Shown: positions 1 through 12,489 of the stretch, piece by piece
How positions within the stretch are numbered: the first letter of the stretch is position 1
Layout of the letters: every line of letters begins with the position of its first letter
Origin: Phoronis australis
Lineage: Eukaryota > Animalia > Phoronida
Direction of reading: 5' to 3'
Length of the DNA: 64,000 nucleotides
Assembly: GCA_002633005.1 (NCBI GenBank)
Contig: NMRA01000675.1
Location: 54,980-118,979, forward strand
Position numbers and translations under genes: made by a program
Notes under the pieces: model-generated
The model's input: the letters and a program-made list of their open reading frames with translations, nothing else
What the model was told of the DNA's origin: nothing
The model's database searches: none

Positions 1-3000
1 CAATCTCGAACCAGCGCCACCAGTGCGATTTAAGGTTATGTAGGAACCTTGAAAAATGTTCAAATTTGGCTTACTTCAGAATCGCCTGTTTGGATTCTCA
101 CAGTTATGAAAGTTTCAGATACTTTATGCTTTATCCGCTGTCCTGAAAAACCCTCTGAGGAAATACGTATATAAAATTTTTGCCATTTGCGTGAGGGGTT
201 ATCAAAAGATTTTCATGAAAAGTGAATGGAAGTAAAACGTGGCGGCGTTTTAAAAAAAAACTGCAACACTGTTCTTGAGAACTCTCTTAGGACATTTTCA
301 TCAAGTTTAGTTATATTACTGATAGTGTTGTCTAGCTATCCATACACGTTTGTTTTTGTTAAATTTTACTGAAAAAATTCGGTCATGTGAACCAATTAAA
401 CGTCAACAATCACATTTTACAGGCATCCTACTTTTTCTGAAAATATAATACTGTTACTGAGTTAAAATCTTGAGTTTCGTGGATACTTGAATAAATAAGC
501 TAACCCGTCAATCAGGTGTTAGATAGCCTTGCCAACTGCCTCCGAAGCTTCGGTCAGTGTTAACGCTTAACTTTTTATCGGAGTTAACAGCGCTAGTTAA
601 CTCCGAAGGTAAGAACCATTCAACGAGAAATTCAAAAGAAATAAAACGCTATACGGGTCATCTTTCAGATTCAGCTTAAACTTTTGTAAGTGATCGTGGT
701 GTGGCTCTGATACAAAAATCACCAATTTTGCACTTATCACCTTTAAGTTCTTATCAATAGGCATTGAAAGGTTCACGAAGAAAACACGTTTTTGCGTAAA
801 GAAGACAGAGCGATTTTCCAATATAAAAACACATAGATTGCATACAGTGAGAGAAAGCACATAATGGGATTAGGAAGTGGGATTATCAAAAAAAATGATA
901 CTATTAATATCGCTGCATTCATCACGTGACAGGGGGGGGGGGGTAAACCCGGAATCACTTTTTGTAGTGTTCGAACCAAAATTTATTTTCTCATTTTTAA
1001 GGAAAAAAGACTACATCACAGGCAAGGCATCAATGTCTGAAATGCAAAAATAAAAAAAAAATTGTCAATATTGCTTGGTGCATTCATAAGTTCGCTGTAT
1101 ATGTGACAAATTTTGACCCACTATTTTTATCGGGTAGTCCATCTTGCGATGTCAGGGTCACAGATTACGAGTGGTTAAACGTTATTTTCAGAAATATTCT
1201 AACGGTAAAATTTAGTGATAAATATCCTTACCTACAATCCAAGGGTTTACACCAGAATTTAATCACACATAAGTAATTTACTGAGGGGTAAATGTACTCA
1301 CAATTCACTTTAGACAAAATGGCTTTTTTCCAAACTGAAAGGCATTTTCAACCGGCTACATTGTCATCGGTGACGAGTTAACTATAACATACATTTGTAG
1401 ACAAAGGCTACCAAAAAGCAGTTTTGTACAATTTACCGGTGTTCGTGCCATAACTATTATGAATCTTCTACTGATTTCAATGTGACTTGCCCATTCAATT
1501 GACCTTGCACTCTGCTAAAATAACTGTTGAAATTCCTTAGAAACCGTTTTTTGCTTGAAAAGCAGCTTTTGATCAATGTATGATTATGCGTCACAATAGG
1601 ACACATATTTCTCTAAATATTAATATGCATAAATTGTGCTTTTGATTCATGTTTTTTAATTAGTTACTTTCTACTTCAAGGAAAATATGAAAATAATACT
1701 TGAAATGGGACACATTTGGATTGTGATGTGTGAGGCTTACTCGAATCCTTCTGCATCATAGCTTCTTATTTTTTATATAATCATGCTTGTCTAATTCTAG
1801 TTAAGAAGGAACGCTTTTATGGTACTCAGTCACCATGGTAACTATTGCGCATGCCTACTTTCATACTTAACGTGAGCTTGGTTCTGCCTGAGTTGCTGAA
1901 ATTTTCCAAAGTACATTCTAAGTTACGTATTGTGACAAAAGGCTGTTAGGATCATTTTAAGTTGCGTGTTTTAATACGCAAATTGAAATTTTTACTGAGA
2001 TCACTGTGCAATGCGTAAGCCTTAGCTACATTGAAATTTCAAAACCCGTGCTTCCAATATTTTTAAGAGATGTAATTCTAATCTCTCAGGGTTGTGTGAC
2101 AAAAAGTGGCAAAATCAGATTGTTAAGTGCTAAAATTGTCACTGGTGTGTCAACACAGGTTAGACTCATTCGAAAACACGCATGAAAATCATTAGCTTTT
2201 GGCCAATTTAGAAGTAAAAAATGGAAAACAAAAACTTCGCTAGAGCGTAGCATGTAAACGACATTTCGATATCAATCCAAAGTCATCCTCAGGTACAATT
2301 GTAGACAGAAATCAAAATATCGAAACAGAATATTAGATTATTATCGAAACGTCGTCCTCAAACAGACATGTGCCATCGTTTCCTCAATGGAAACGTTTTG
2401 GCTAAATTTCACCAAAGAAATCTAGTTATAGAAACTGCTATCAGGGCCAGCAGCAAATGAGCATAGAAACATATTTGGAAAATGATGAAGCCCCTTCATG
2501 AGGTTTGGATATAAAGCTGCATACTGCCCGTAGTCGTGCACTGTAAGGTACGCGATGAAGGGTCTTCTCTATCGGCTGCTGCTAGAAAACAAACAAAAAT
2601 CCCACTTTTTGTTTTGCTCGTCAGACCCCACACTGATGAAAAATATCTTTTGAAATCGCCGGCATCCCGCAAGCTGGGCAACAGAGCACCTCAGAATTGG
2701 CTAAAAATCAAATACACACAAATTGGGCACTCCAGTGAAGGTTAACAAAAACCCCTTTGAAACTTCAAAGACAGTCTTCTGACAGAAAGGATCAACGTCT
2801 ACATGAAAGTTATAGAGTTATTTTCTCTCCCGTTTTAAAGTCGTTTTAAAGGAGCTTCTCTAAATGAACTTTTTGAACCAAAAACGGGATATTATGGACC
2901 AAAATATTTATGATGCTATAACTTGAAAAAATAATGGAGCAAAAATTTCAAATATAAATTTTGAACATACCCCACCAGGATGTATGTACAGGCAATTTTT

Positions 3001-4880
3001 TCAAGGTTTGATTCAGTGACTTTAGAGCCGACCTTTTGATGCTCTCGTGGAATGAAAGTTAAGGGGTGGATTTAGCAGCAATGGTCGACGCTTCGGTATA
3101 ATGAGGACATCTTAAGCAGGTGTCATTGCGTTTAACCATAGTACATTTAACTCCAGGAAGCCTAGAAAATCACTTCTGTCACTACTTTTGGGGCCAATAT
3201 AATTTTTTGGTTTTAGTTTTATCAAATGATACATGTATACTTAAAGAATCTGAAAAGTGTCCAAGGTTTGGCTCGCACAGTTTCATGAAATTTGACCTAA
3301 AAATTGACATTTTGCAAAATTTGTCACAGAAAACCATTATGTAAAAACTGCAATGGAATTTTCTGATAAGGCTGGGTTAACTTATTTTGTTAAATGTTTC
3401 AGCAAAAGTAAACGCCAAGAAAATTGAGCATCACCACCACCACCACCACTGTACAACTGTTATTAAACAACAGATGCTAAATTTTCACCATCTTTAAAAC
3501 CATAGTTCAACCGTTGACAGTAAGAAGAATGTTATTTTGGCAATAGTTTTTGCGTGACATTAAAAATGTTTACCTAGCATAGAAGTTTATTCCTATGCGT
3601 CCTGTTTTAGAGGGTAGTACATGTAAATGAAAGAATTCCAACCTACGCTAACATTTCTCCAGTTCGGGAGCGTCTTCAAAATTTGGGACACCAAACTTTA
3701 GTCAAATTGATTGTGAAATTTGCCTTTTAATATGTCTCAAATTCTAAATACTTCATTTTTCATAACATGGCCTGAAAAAAGACTTTACAGTTCATAAAAA
3801 GCAGCAGTGATTACTTACACGTTAGTAAAAACTGCCCCGAGTTTAAGACAGCCACTTATGTGCAACTTTCTAAAAAATTAAGAACGAGCTCGCACCTCAA
3901 GCAAAAAATGTCCAAAACACGAGGTTTTTAACCGTAATTATTTTTTCTTCTACGGTACTTATCAGTAAATATTTGATAGTTGGAAAGGTGTCATAATTCC
4001 TTTTCTTTGTGTGATTGTCTGTAAATTCTAACCCACATCGTTTTCTGATGCATTCTGGAAGCCACACAAGCCTCTTTCTTTGAGCACTCTTTAACGAAAC
4101 TTATAACTTCGTTGGTTTTCTACTACAAGTACAAATTTTATCAATAACCTAATGATTCCTTGATCAGCTTGGTCTTTTTCCTTGTTTGAGAGGTCTTTCA
4201 CTTATCGTGACTCATGTAAATTTCTGTAACCGACTCACCTATTGTGATACATTAGTTCTGTTTGTCACAAAAACTTAAATATTTTCATCAATGAGGATTT
4301 CCTTGCACTCAAACTCGATCCACTAACGTTACAAAATCATTGGCTCATGAGTCAGGAGTCATATCTGTAAATTTCTGAAGCTCAGAATTGTGAGCAGAAT
4401 CCTATCCCAATGTAGCAACGGGCAGAAAAATTCATCTCCTCAGCAGTGTTGGCACAAAACTCTTGTTTGTTTTAAGAGGCACAGAATGATTCAGGAAGCA
4501 GACATCTTAGAAAAGGCACGGACACAATCCTTCTCTGTCATTTCATTAGCTATTCTGATCATACTGCACTGTCACCTAGTGGCCAGCAAACTATTTGAGG
4601 TTTGTTTTTTTCCCAGTTCGCCAACAGCGTGCGGTAACTGGTTCATACATGTTAATATTTTGTTTCAACATTTGTTATTTTGCCAGTATGGGGATTTTGT
4701 TTCAATTTGTCCACGTATTGCTGGATTCTTTCCTTAAAAAAGAAATAAAAATGGGAAAGGACCTTTAAACATTTCTCACCTCGTTCACAAGCGCGTAAAT
4801 GCAAATGAAAATGTACCCTGTGCGATCTTTAAATTAAACAAGGATGTCTTAAGTTCTATTAACGAGAAATAGCTTAAATA

Positions 4881-5017
4881 TTAAGTAAATGGAAACCAAA
4901 ACTCGGTGGAAGACATCTCCACTCTTTGGACTGTGAGAGTAGCTTGACAGGGGGAATCAAGCACAATTCCACAAGCATCCATGTTCTTAGCAGTCCAAAT
5001 CACAGTATGATGGCGCC
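4881..5017 (-). CDS. Gene A candidate terminal exon
   Basis: ttcccag acceptor; only the phase-1 frame is open (GRHHTVIWTAKNMDACG...PCQATLTV...FPFT*), which matches the TSP1 exon donor phase. Confidence 0.45.
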
Positions 5018-8000
5018 CTGGGAATCCAAACTATCTTTTATTCACAATAATTGTTGCCTACATGTATACATAGTTTACATGCACGGCGTTAACGTCTCGT
5101 GCCGCAATATTCACAGCACTTTCTTACTACTTGGGTTCAGTTTAAATTTTTATACCACAGTATCAGCCTCGAATTGCCAATACAACCGTTAAATAACCAA
5201 TTTAATGGCGATAAATAACATTTCGGCGGGAAACTGAGGCCGGTTTCAAACCCGTTACGAAAGAGCTTCAGGTTGTCGACTTTACCACTGCACCATATGC
5301 ACTCAGTCGCTGGCGTCATTGAACGTGAAAACAGAATACTTAAATGAGCACTTAAATGTGTAGCAAACTAGACTAGATACCAAACCTTAAATTATAGATT
5401 CACTTTACTTCTACTTTATTTAAATTTTCAATTGGTTTTGAGTAAAAACGTTATTTTGACAAAAATAACTCGGTCACGACCTCCAACCCCTCAGTGGCAC
5501 CTGACAGAAAGTACCTACAAAACCGAGACGTGTCGATAAAGGTAGATCGATTCGTTGCAATGTTTTTCATTCAGTATATAGTATAAATAGATTGTTGCAG
5601 GTTCTCAGTCGTTATCCCCGTGGACCTTGAAAAATTATCGCCCTCGGGGCTAACGTCCCTTAGGCGATAATTCTCCAAAATCCACTCGCGCTCTAGATTA
5701 AGGGGGGTACCGTTTTCGCCACGTAATAATCAGCCTGACATGGCCAATACAACCGTGAAATAACCCATTTAGCTATTCAACGGCGTTAAGGTACATTTTG
5801 GCGAGTAAACGGGGTCGGTTTCGAACCCGCTCAGCAAGACTTGCTAGTAGTCGACTACACCGCGGGGCCAATCAGCATCTGACGTCATCGAACGTGAAAA
5901 TAGAATACTCAAATGAGTATGCGCAATAATCGCATGTCCATCAAACCACATTGCACAGAAATACATATAAATATACGATATGAAAAACAAAACGCACAAT
6001 TTCAATAAAAACGACTGCTCTTCTTTAATTCAGTGGAAATTTAACACTTTATCAAGTAAATAACATCTGAAGTAAGTAACAAGGTTAGATATTTGAAAAA
6101 TGCGAAAGAAATAAATTTAAATGTCTAAAACAAGAAATAGGTCATATCAGTTCAAACTACTGTATTAGCAGCTATTATTAGCAACATCTAGTCGACATCT
6201 TCCTCGTGTTTTCTCTTCGGTGCTCTGTCTTGATGCATGGTTATGTTGAACGTGCCACCGGTGATTGTTGCGTTTCAGTCCAAATACAGACGACAAGCCT
6301 GGTGAGGCGAAGGAGGTGCGGGATATTGAGATGTTACTGGGGAATGATGCAGGCTCGGACAGTGTAAGTATGGAGCATAAACACCTTTGCTCAGTAGGCA
6401 ATGTCTGTAGTGTGGTAGTTTGTGTCCTGACAGCTGCATAACTGTGGTTGGGTTAACTCTGGACTTGAGTAATGTGGAGCACGTTGTCTTCCTCACGCTG
6501 TGGTATGTTTTACGGCCCGGTATTCCTACTGCCTCGCATATCGGCGAAACCATTTTGGCTAGAGTATTTACACTAACCGGTTGTACCGAGAACCAAAGCC
6601 CCCAATTCATCATATCATAAGTCATAGAGAACAAATTCGCAACTCTGACATTTTCTTCCGTACTATCCTATAGAGGAGGCGCCACTCTCCTAAATTATCT
6701 GGTTCATTTTCCGCTTAGTATATTGTGACGAGAAATTCTTTCATCTATTTTACTGTCCAGTACGACGAAAAAAAATCTCTAGTTAGTTTAAGATTTTAAT
6801 TGGTTTTGAGTAAAACATTGTTTTAACACGAAATGACTCGGCGTTTCTTAAAAGGTCATGACATTCGTCACCAAGCCTCTGACTTGGAAAGTACAGTAGC
6901 TCTTAAGCCGAGGCGAGTCGAGAAAAGCAGGTCCATTCATCGCAATTTTTATCCTTCAGTATGTGGTATGAGTAGATTATTACATGTTCTCAGTTGTTAT
7001 CTAAAGCCCTTGCGGAATCTTTGATATCAACATTATTGCACTAACCAGGCGTGCGTTCAGTAGACGCTAGGACCTACGCTAGGACCTACGCTAGGACCTA
7101 CGCTAGGACCTAGCTAAAACCTAGTCAAAGTCACGTCCTCTCATTTAAAATGCACGGCTACATGTCACGTAATCTCGCGAAGTCTTGCTTTTTAGCGAGG
7201 TAATAGCGTTACTGAACGGGAGGCAGGTAACCTTCTGTACTTTATCAGACGATATTTTCACGGTAGACCGTGACGCCCTCGGGCGATATTTCTCCAAAAT
7301 GCTCTCGGGCTCTAGATTACAGGGGATAACGACGTCGTAAAGCAATAATCTATATTCATTTGCAGTTACGTAAAATCTAACAATTCAATTAACATTAACG
7401 AATAAAAAGATTACAATTTTATTTTGGTAGAGCTAATCAAAGAGAGTACTGAGTAAATCGTTGGTTGAAAAGAACGATGACATTCGAAAAATACTTTGGT
7501 CTAAGAGTGTGTTTTTTAGTTTAGTTACAATACAAGATTGGCTTTAAATGCCCGCGCTCTTTGTGTGTTATCTAGCCCCAGTGCTGCCTTTGGTTTTAAT
7601 AATATTAAACACCACATAAACCTAGCATTGGATTTACTTCTGTTCTGTGTTGCATAAGACTTGTAAACTTATCCACTATACAAATTAGCTGTTGCACGAC
7701 TTTGAATACATTGTTGAAACAATATTAATGCGACGTCGTCATTGCTATCGATCATAACATGCAATCTGGCCCAGTGGTTTGTTTCGTGAAACGTCAGAAA
7801 TTTGGCATTACCATGCAGAAAACTATTTCTGAAGAATAAGTAAATCTCATTTGAACAAAAGCGTAAACTCTATGATTATATGCACATGAGTGGTAAGTCG
7901 TACAATACTTTAATCTCTGGATTATTTCTCGTGCAAGATGCGCTCATAATTACCTAGCTAAACCTTTTTCTTTAATGTAAAGAGGGATCGTGAGACCAGA

Positions 8001-10561
8001 TTTCTGTCTTAAGTCATAAGTCACTTTCATGAAACCAACCCGTGATGAACATGTTGCTTTAACACCTCCAATAATTCTTCGCAGACGTGTTAAGATTTCA
8101 TAAGGCTTACCTAGACAAAACTGAGTTGAGCAACCCTCAGTCGAATTTCCAGCACAATCCTTGCCATTGCCCACAGGTGCTGGCCTGGTGCAGGTTCTTG
8201 TCTTATACTTCTCACCGTTGCCGCAAATTACACGGCATTTCAGTTCTTCCGAGCTCCATTCACTCCAATGCCCATTCACTGAAATAGTAAGACATGAGGT
8301 CGTGTAGGTTTTAAGGGTATACTATCTGTTTGATGGCCGAAAAAACGTTTTGAATAATCAGCTTTGACCAGGTCTGTGAAGCAACAAAGGAAGATGTCTT
8401 TTGTGAGTTTATTGCAAATTGCTAATTCTCGCCGTTGTCTGCCAGAATTTACAGTTGTAGCTCAAATCGAGGCGGTGACTATGAAGTGCTCCCATCTGCC
8501 TGCACCTTCTCATAGTACATACCACTTGCATCATGTTTACCCTTGGGCTGCCTTTGTACAAAACTATTGATCTGTCCCAAATATTCGTCAAGCTTGCTGG
8601 TTCAGTAGACACAATAGATACATGTAGCCTCCAAACACATGAGGGTTGGCAAGAGTAGTAGGGTGCTCATGATTTTCTTTCAATTATTCTATTAAAATAT
8701 TTTTCATTTATTTTGTTAGTACATAAAATTCCTTTTAACGACAATGAAATATTTTGATCAGGACTATCATACATGTCTTGCGTGTGGTACAAAGCATTTT
8801 TCAATACAAAAGTATATTCAATTTCTTGTACTCACCGGACACAGAGTAGACATAAATGCGAGGAGGGTTCTTTAACGTCATGGTTTTATGTAGTTTTCTT
8901 CCAAAGTCGTCCTCAAAGCTCAGAACGGCACTGCATTGCATGTGCCCCTTGAAACCGCTATGCTCATTGATCTGAACTGAGAAAGCGAACTTTTGGGTTT
9001 TCTCCAGCTCAGTGTTACCAGCGATCTCGAACATGTGTTTCTGAACGAAGACCTCGTCGTGTTTGAAATGACTCAATTTCTTAGAAACAGATTTCTTCAT
9101 CCTAAATGTATAAGTAAATTATTTTTGAAAATTTAAAAAATACAAAACTAACAGGCAGCAAAGTTGGGGTCTTTTATACTACGCGACTTCGTGAAAAGAC
9201 AAGTCACTAACCTAAGAATGTTTTTAATGAGTGTTAGATATTTAGAGAGTATCTAGTCGTTTAGTCATTTAGAGGGTATCTAGTCGTTTAGACATTTAGA
9301 GAGTATCTAGTCGTTTAGACATTTAGAAAGTATCTAGTCGTTTAGACATTCAGAGAGTATCTAGTCGTTTAGACATTTAGAGAGTATCAAGTCGTTTAGA
9401 CTTTGTGTCTATGCTGCTCATCATTCGTTACAATTCAAAATTTAGCTTAAAGTTGCTCGTTTTCTGTGGCGCAGTTCTTTACACCTTGTAGCCTACCTGA
9501 CCACTCAAGCACGCCCATTGCAGTGATCACCTGGTACAATTTAATGCTTCATTAATAAATAATGGTATGATATTCTACATCCGTTAAGTTATTTCCCACT
9601 GCCAAAACTTGATTGCTTAAATCTACAATTCATATAACTTACACGCATGACAAGATGAGTGTAGCCGGATTTGGAAGTTTGTTGTTGACAGAGAAAGAAA
9701 TGTCTGCCTTAAAGGTATTGACGCCTTCATAATAAAGCAATGGCCCTTCCGTTCCATGCCCGTCGTAAATAGCACTGGCTTCCAGGCTCGGTGACGTACC
9801 CGCTGAATCGCCCAGCGAGAAGCTCTACAAGTACATCTCTCTCACTGTACTCTGACTGTACTAGAAGTTAGTGTTTCAACAAGGTTATTGTAAATGCACA
9901 TTTAATCGCAGCTTTTCAAAGATTTTTTTTCAAATCGGAGTGCTCGTTTTCTTAGAATCTTAAGTGCAAGTACCAAGTGGCATAAACCAAGCTCCTCGTA
10001 ACAATTCCGCCTTAAGGTGTCCGTAAAGACCAAGTGAACGTGTATTTTTCTTGTCTTCATTATCATTTTACGATCAAATGTAATTTCCAATCAAATGTGC
10101 AGCCCTTATTTTATTTTAACAGTGCAAGATAAGGAATTGCATAACTTCCGAATAATTAGTAGCATGAAGTGAGCTTTTTTGCATCTTCATTTCTCAATTC
10201 TAGATCAAAATATGGAAAAACAAAACGCCCTTCCCTTTCATTCCATTTATCAACTTCACAAAATAAATTTAGTCACGTTTCCCTACATGAAAACTAATGC
10301 AGTATGGCATTGAGATTCTCTAACGGTTTTACAAACAACGCGCATACACAAATGGTTAATTCGCGAAAAGTTCATGATTTTATGAGTTTTTATAAAGTTG
10401 ATGGAATGATCTGATTAAAAACACTGACTGGAAAGAGCATTCTTTCAATATGTGCATCTTTTACAAATATCTATTCTTATACGAGAAATTCCATTGAGAA
10501 CGCTTGTATAATAGCCTAGTTTAATACGTACCAAAATGATCAAACTCATCATAAACTTCAT
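4881..10561 (-). CDS. Gene A (spliced): secreted protein, signal peptide + beta-rich domain + thrombospondin type-1 repeat, about 260 aa
   Basis: Exons 10561-10532, 9824-9643, 9101-8836, 8278-8111 and (tentatively) 5017-4881 join through GT-AG introns of phase 0, 2, 1, 1 into one open frame: MKFMMSLIILSFSLGDSA...VNGHWSEWS...CRVICGNG...RTCTRPAP...C. Confidence 0.75.
5177..5732 (-). mobile_element. Non-autonomous Crypton-like element (copy A)
   Basis: Shares both end blocks with the recombinase-bearing copy at 5743-7350 (gccaatacaaccg...; ...gccctcgg...gcgata...ctctagatta...aataatc) and internal blocks with 28200-28770. Confidence 0.5.
6275..6634 (-). pseudogene. Tyrosine recombinase (Crypton/DUF3504-like) C-terminal fragment
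   Basis: WFSVQPVSVNTLAKMV..IC..VGI.GRKTYHSVRKT..S.L..........MQLSGHK keeps the HxxR and SGH motifs; the N-terminal part is missing and the frame degenerates after SGHK. Confidence 0.8.
7045..7227. mobile_element. MITE with cgttcagta inverted core, flanked by TAA (Harbinger/Tourist-like)
   Basis: Imperfect TIRs, TAA on both sides, 4 copies of a 12-bp unit (acgctaggacct); relatives at 45214-45370 and 29791-29925. Confidence 0.6.
8111..8278 (-). CDS. Gene A exon 4, thrombospondin type-1 (TSP1) repeat
   Basis: tttcag acceptor, gtaagc donor, 168 bp phase 1-1; WSEWS, CRVICGNG and RTC..PAP..NG..C.G are TSP1 signatures. Confidence 0.9.
8836..9101 (-). CDS. Gene A exon 3 (beta-rich domain)
   Basis: atttag acceptor, gtgagt donor, 266 bp, phase 2 to 1; matches ORF 8801..9100. 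Confidence 0.8.
9240..9400. repeat. 27-bp minisatellite, about 6 copies
   Basis: Unit atttagagagtatctagtcgtttagac repeated in tandem within a gene A intron. Confidence 0.9.
9643..9824 (-). CDS. Gene A exon 2
   Basis: ttgtag acceptor, gtaagt donor, 182 bp, open frame SFSLGDSAG...ATLILSC, phase 0 to 2. Confidence 0.8.
10532..10561 (-). CDS. Gene A first coding exon (signal peptide start MKFMMSLIIL)
   Basis: ATG at 10561, donor TTG|GTACGT in phase 0; joins SFSLGDSA in the next exon to form a hydrophobic signal peptide. Confidence 0.7.
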
Positions 10562-10610
10562 CTCTCCGTTGCTTAATGTGTTATTGTGCAGTGCGTGAAC
10601 TGTAAAAACG

Positions 10611-10645
10611 ACTGGTTTGCCGTAGACACCGATCAGCCTTTTATA
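10611..10645 (-). promoter_or_regulatory. Candidate TATA box and initiator for gene A
   Basis: TATAAAAG on the minus strand from 10645, with a CCAGTC initiator-like motif about 32 nt downstream and about 50 nt before the ATG. Confidence 0.45.
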
Positions 10646-12489
10646 GCCAACGATTGCACTGTGTTAACCAACACCTGCCGAGTAACATTCTCATGGTCAT
10701 GCCTTTTGGCTGCGACAATTAATAATTTCTGTTTCCCTATGATGTATATTGAAAATGTATTGGGCAGGGAGCACATTGTAATGCTCATAAAACATCAATA
10801 AAATATTAAATCATAGGTACATTTATATCGCCAGAGTTTATTGAATCGTAAGCCATGTGTGGATTACTTAAAAGGATAATTTTTTGACTACTGTAAAAGA
10901 AATATGTATTCTACAAAAATGGTAATATTTTAATTTTAACAATAGATGGATTCCTGTAAATCTTTTATTTGCTGATTAACGTATATTTCTTGAGAGGCCG
11001 AGGAGTGAGTTTAAGTGCACTTATGTAAGAAGTCTTAATGTTCTAATATTGTATGTAGCAGATGTCTACATGAAGGAATACACAGATCTTTGTTTTTATG
11101 CTAATATGTTGTACTACTTTTCATATGTGCCCTTTTTGTGCACTAGTTCTTTGTATTTCTTATCTCTGAACTGCTAATTGCCTTTTCTAATTAAAGTAGA
11201 ACTTAGACGCATCCTCAGATTTCACATCAAACGTTAAAACCGTATTTGTGTACTCCTTTGCGTGATTGCTCAAAAAGAAAATAATACCAAATTTTTAAAA
11301 GCAAGATATGTAGACTATGCTACTTACATGTACAAGCAAATCAAGTTACATAAATTAAGTACTGAGTAAAATTTTCAAGACTTAGCCATCTGGTCATGTT
11401 TCCGGCATTTTTTCAGCCAATCGTTGATGAGATCATTGGACTATTATATTTAAAAGCTGAATTATGAAGATAAATGAGAGTTACCCTAATAAAAGGCGTA
11501 TTGCTGTCTGGAACGCAAAATATAGATAACTGGTTATGTAATCGAGATTTACGTTTTGCAATGAGCTCAACTTAACAAAATAATTTTTCACTAAGCAACA
11601 TGTGCATTATCTTTTCGCATTTTTCCATTGCAAAAGAAATTCAGCTGCACACGTTTGCTTAAGGATACAACTTCAAATGTGGTATATTCAGTAATAAGCC
11701 AAGCAAATGAACTTGCTTTGCCATTTAAACATTACTTTCAGCTGTGTCTTGCAATCTGTGCTGAATTTTCCAGAAATGGGATTCATTATACATATGCTAC
11801 AGTCGTTGTGACGATGAACCAAGACAAGGCAGAGTTCGTCAGACAGATAATTAAGCTTCGTCACAACTCGAAATTAAAACAGAGGGCATTCTTATCAATT
11901 AGTTTTCTCAACGATAAAAATAGAACCGATTGCTTCTTTTATTTGGCTGTTGGTTTCGACCAAATAGTCATTATTTTATACCCGTAGTCGCAACACACTC
12001 AGACATCTGTTAAGATTCCTTAAGCTAGTCATATGTTCTGCAGAAACTAATTGTAACACTAAATTAGCCCAGCAAAGTAAACAGTAGGAGTTATTAACAT
12101 TTGTATGAGTATTCATTTAGGTACACAGTTCAATTAATACATGTATGTGTTCAAGTGGGATGGGGCCCAAAAAATCGAATATGAATTATGTACCAAACGG
12201 AAGCCCTTGAGAAGCTCTATAACATAGCAAAAGCCTACGAACACCTTATTGGTGGAATTCCTTTTTCTTGAGGGTAACACTTTAGTAGTAACTTTATTTT
12301 CATGATATAATAAATTAGCTGAGATGGGAAATAAATTTGCATAAAATGAGGGAAAGTAAGATAAGAATTCATTAGTATTTAGAGCCGATAACATTTGTTG
12401 TAGCAATTGTCACTGATTTAGCTGCGTGTTGCATGGTTTCATTTAGTCAGTACTATAATGAAGACTGGGATTTAGTTTTGTATTTCGGT

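Larger units (their letters stand above)
5743..7350 (-). mobile_element. Degenerate Crypton-type (tyrosine recombinase) element, interrupted by a MITE
   Basis: Contains a recombinase fragment; both ends are homologous to the adjacent copy A. Confidence 0.6.

Noticed and set aside
542-605. Palindromes ccgaagcttcgg and cggagttaac-N7-gttaactccg
   Set aside because: Probably the end of a repeat element, but single-copy in this window, so no family or function can be supported.
4050-4735. Coding-like minus-strand tract (ERIQQYVDKLKQNP...) and plus-strand ORF 4390..4737
   Set aside because: Many stops and no recognisable motif; cannot be assigned.
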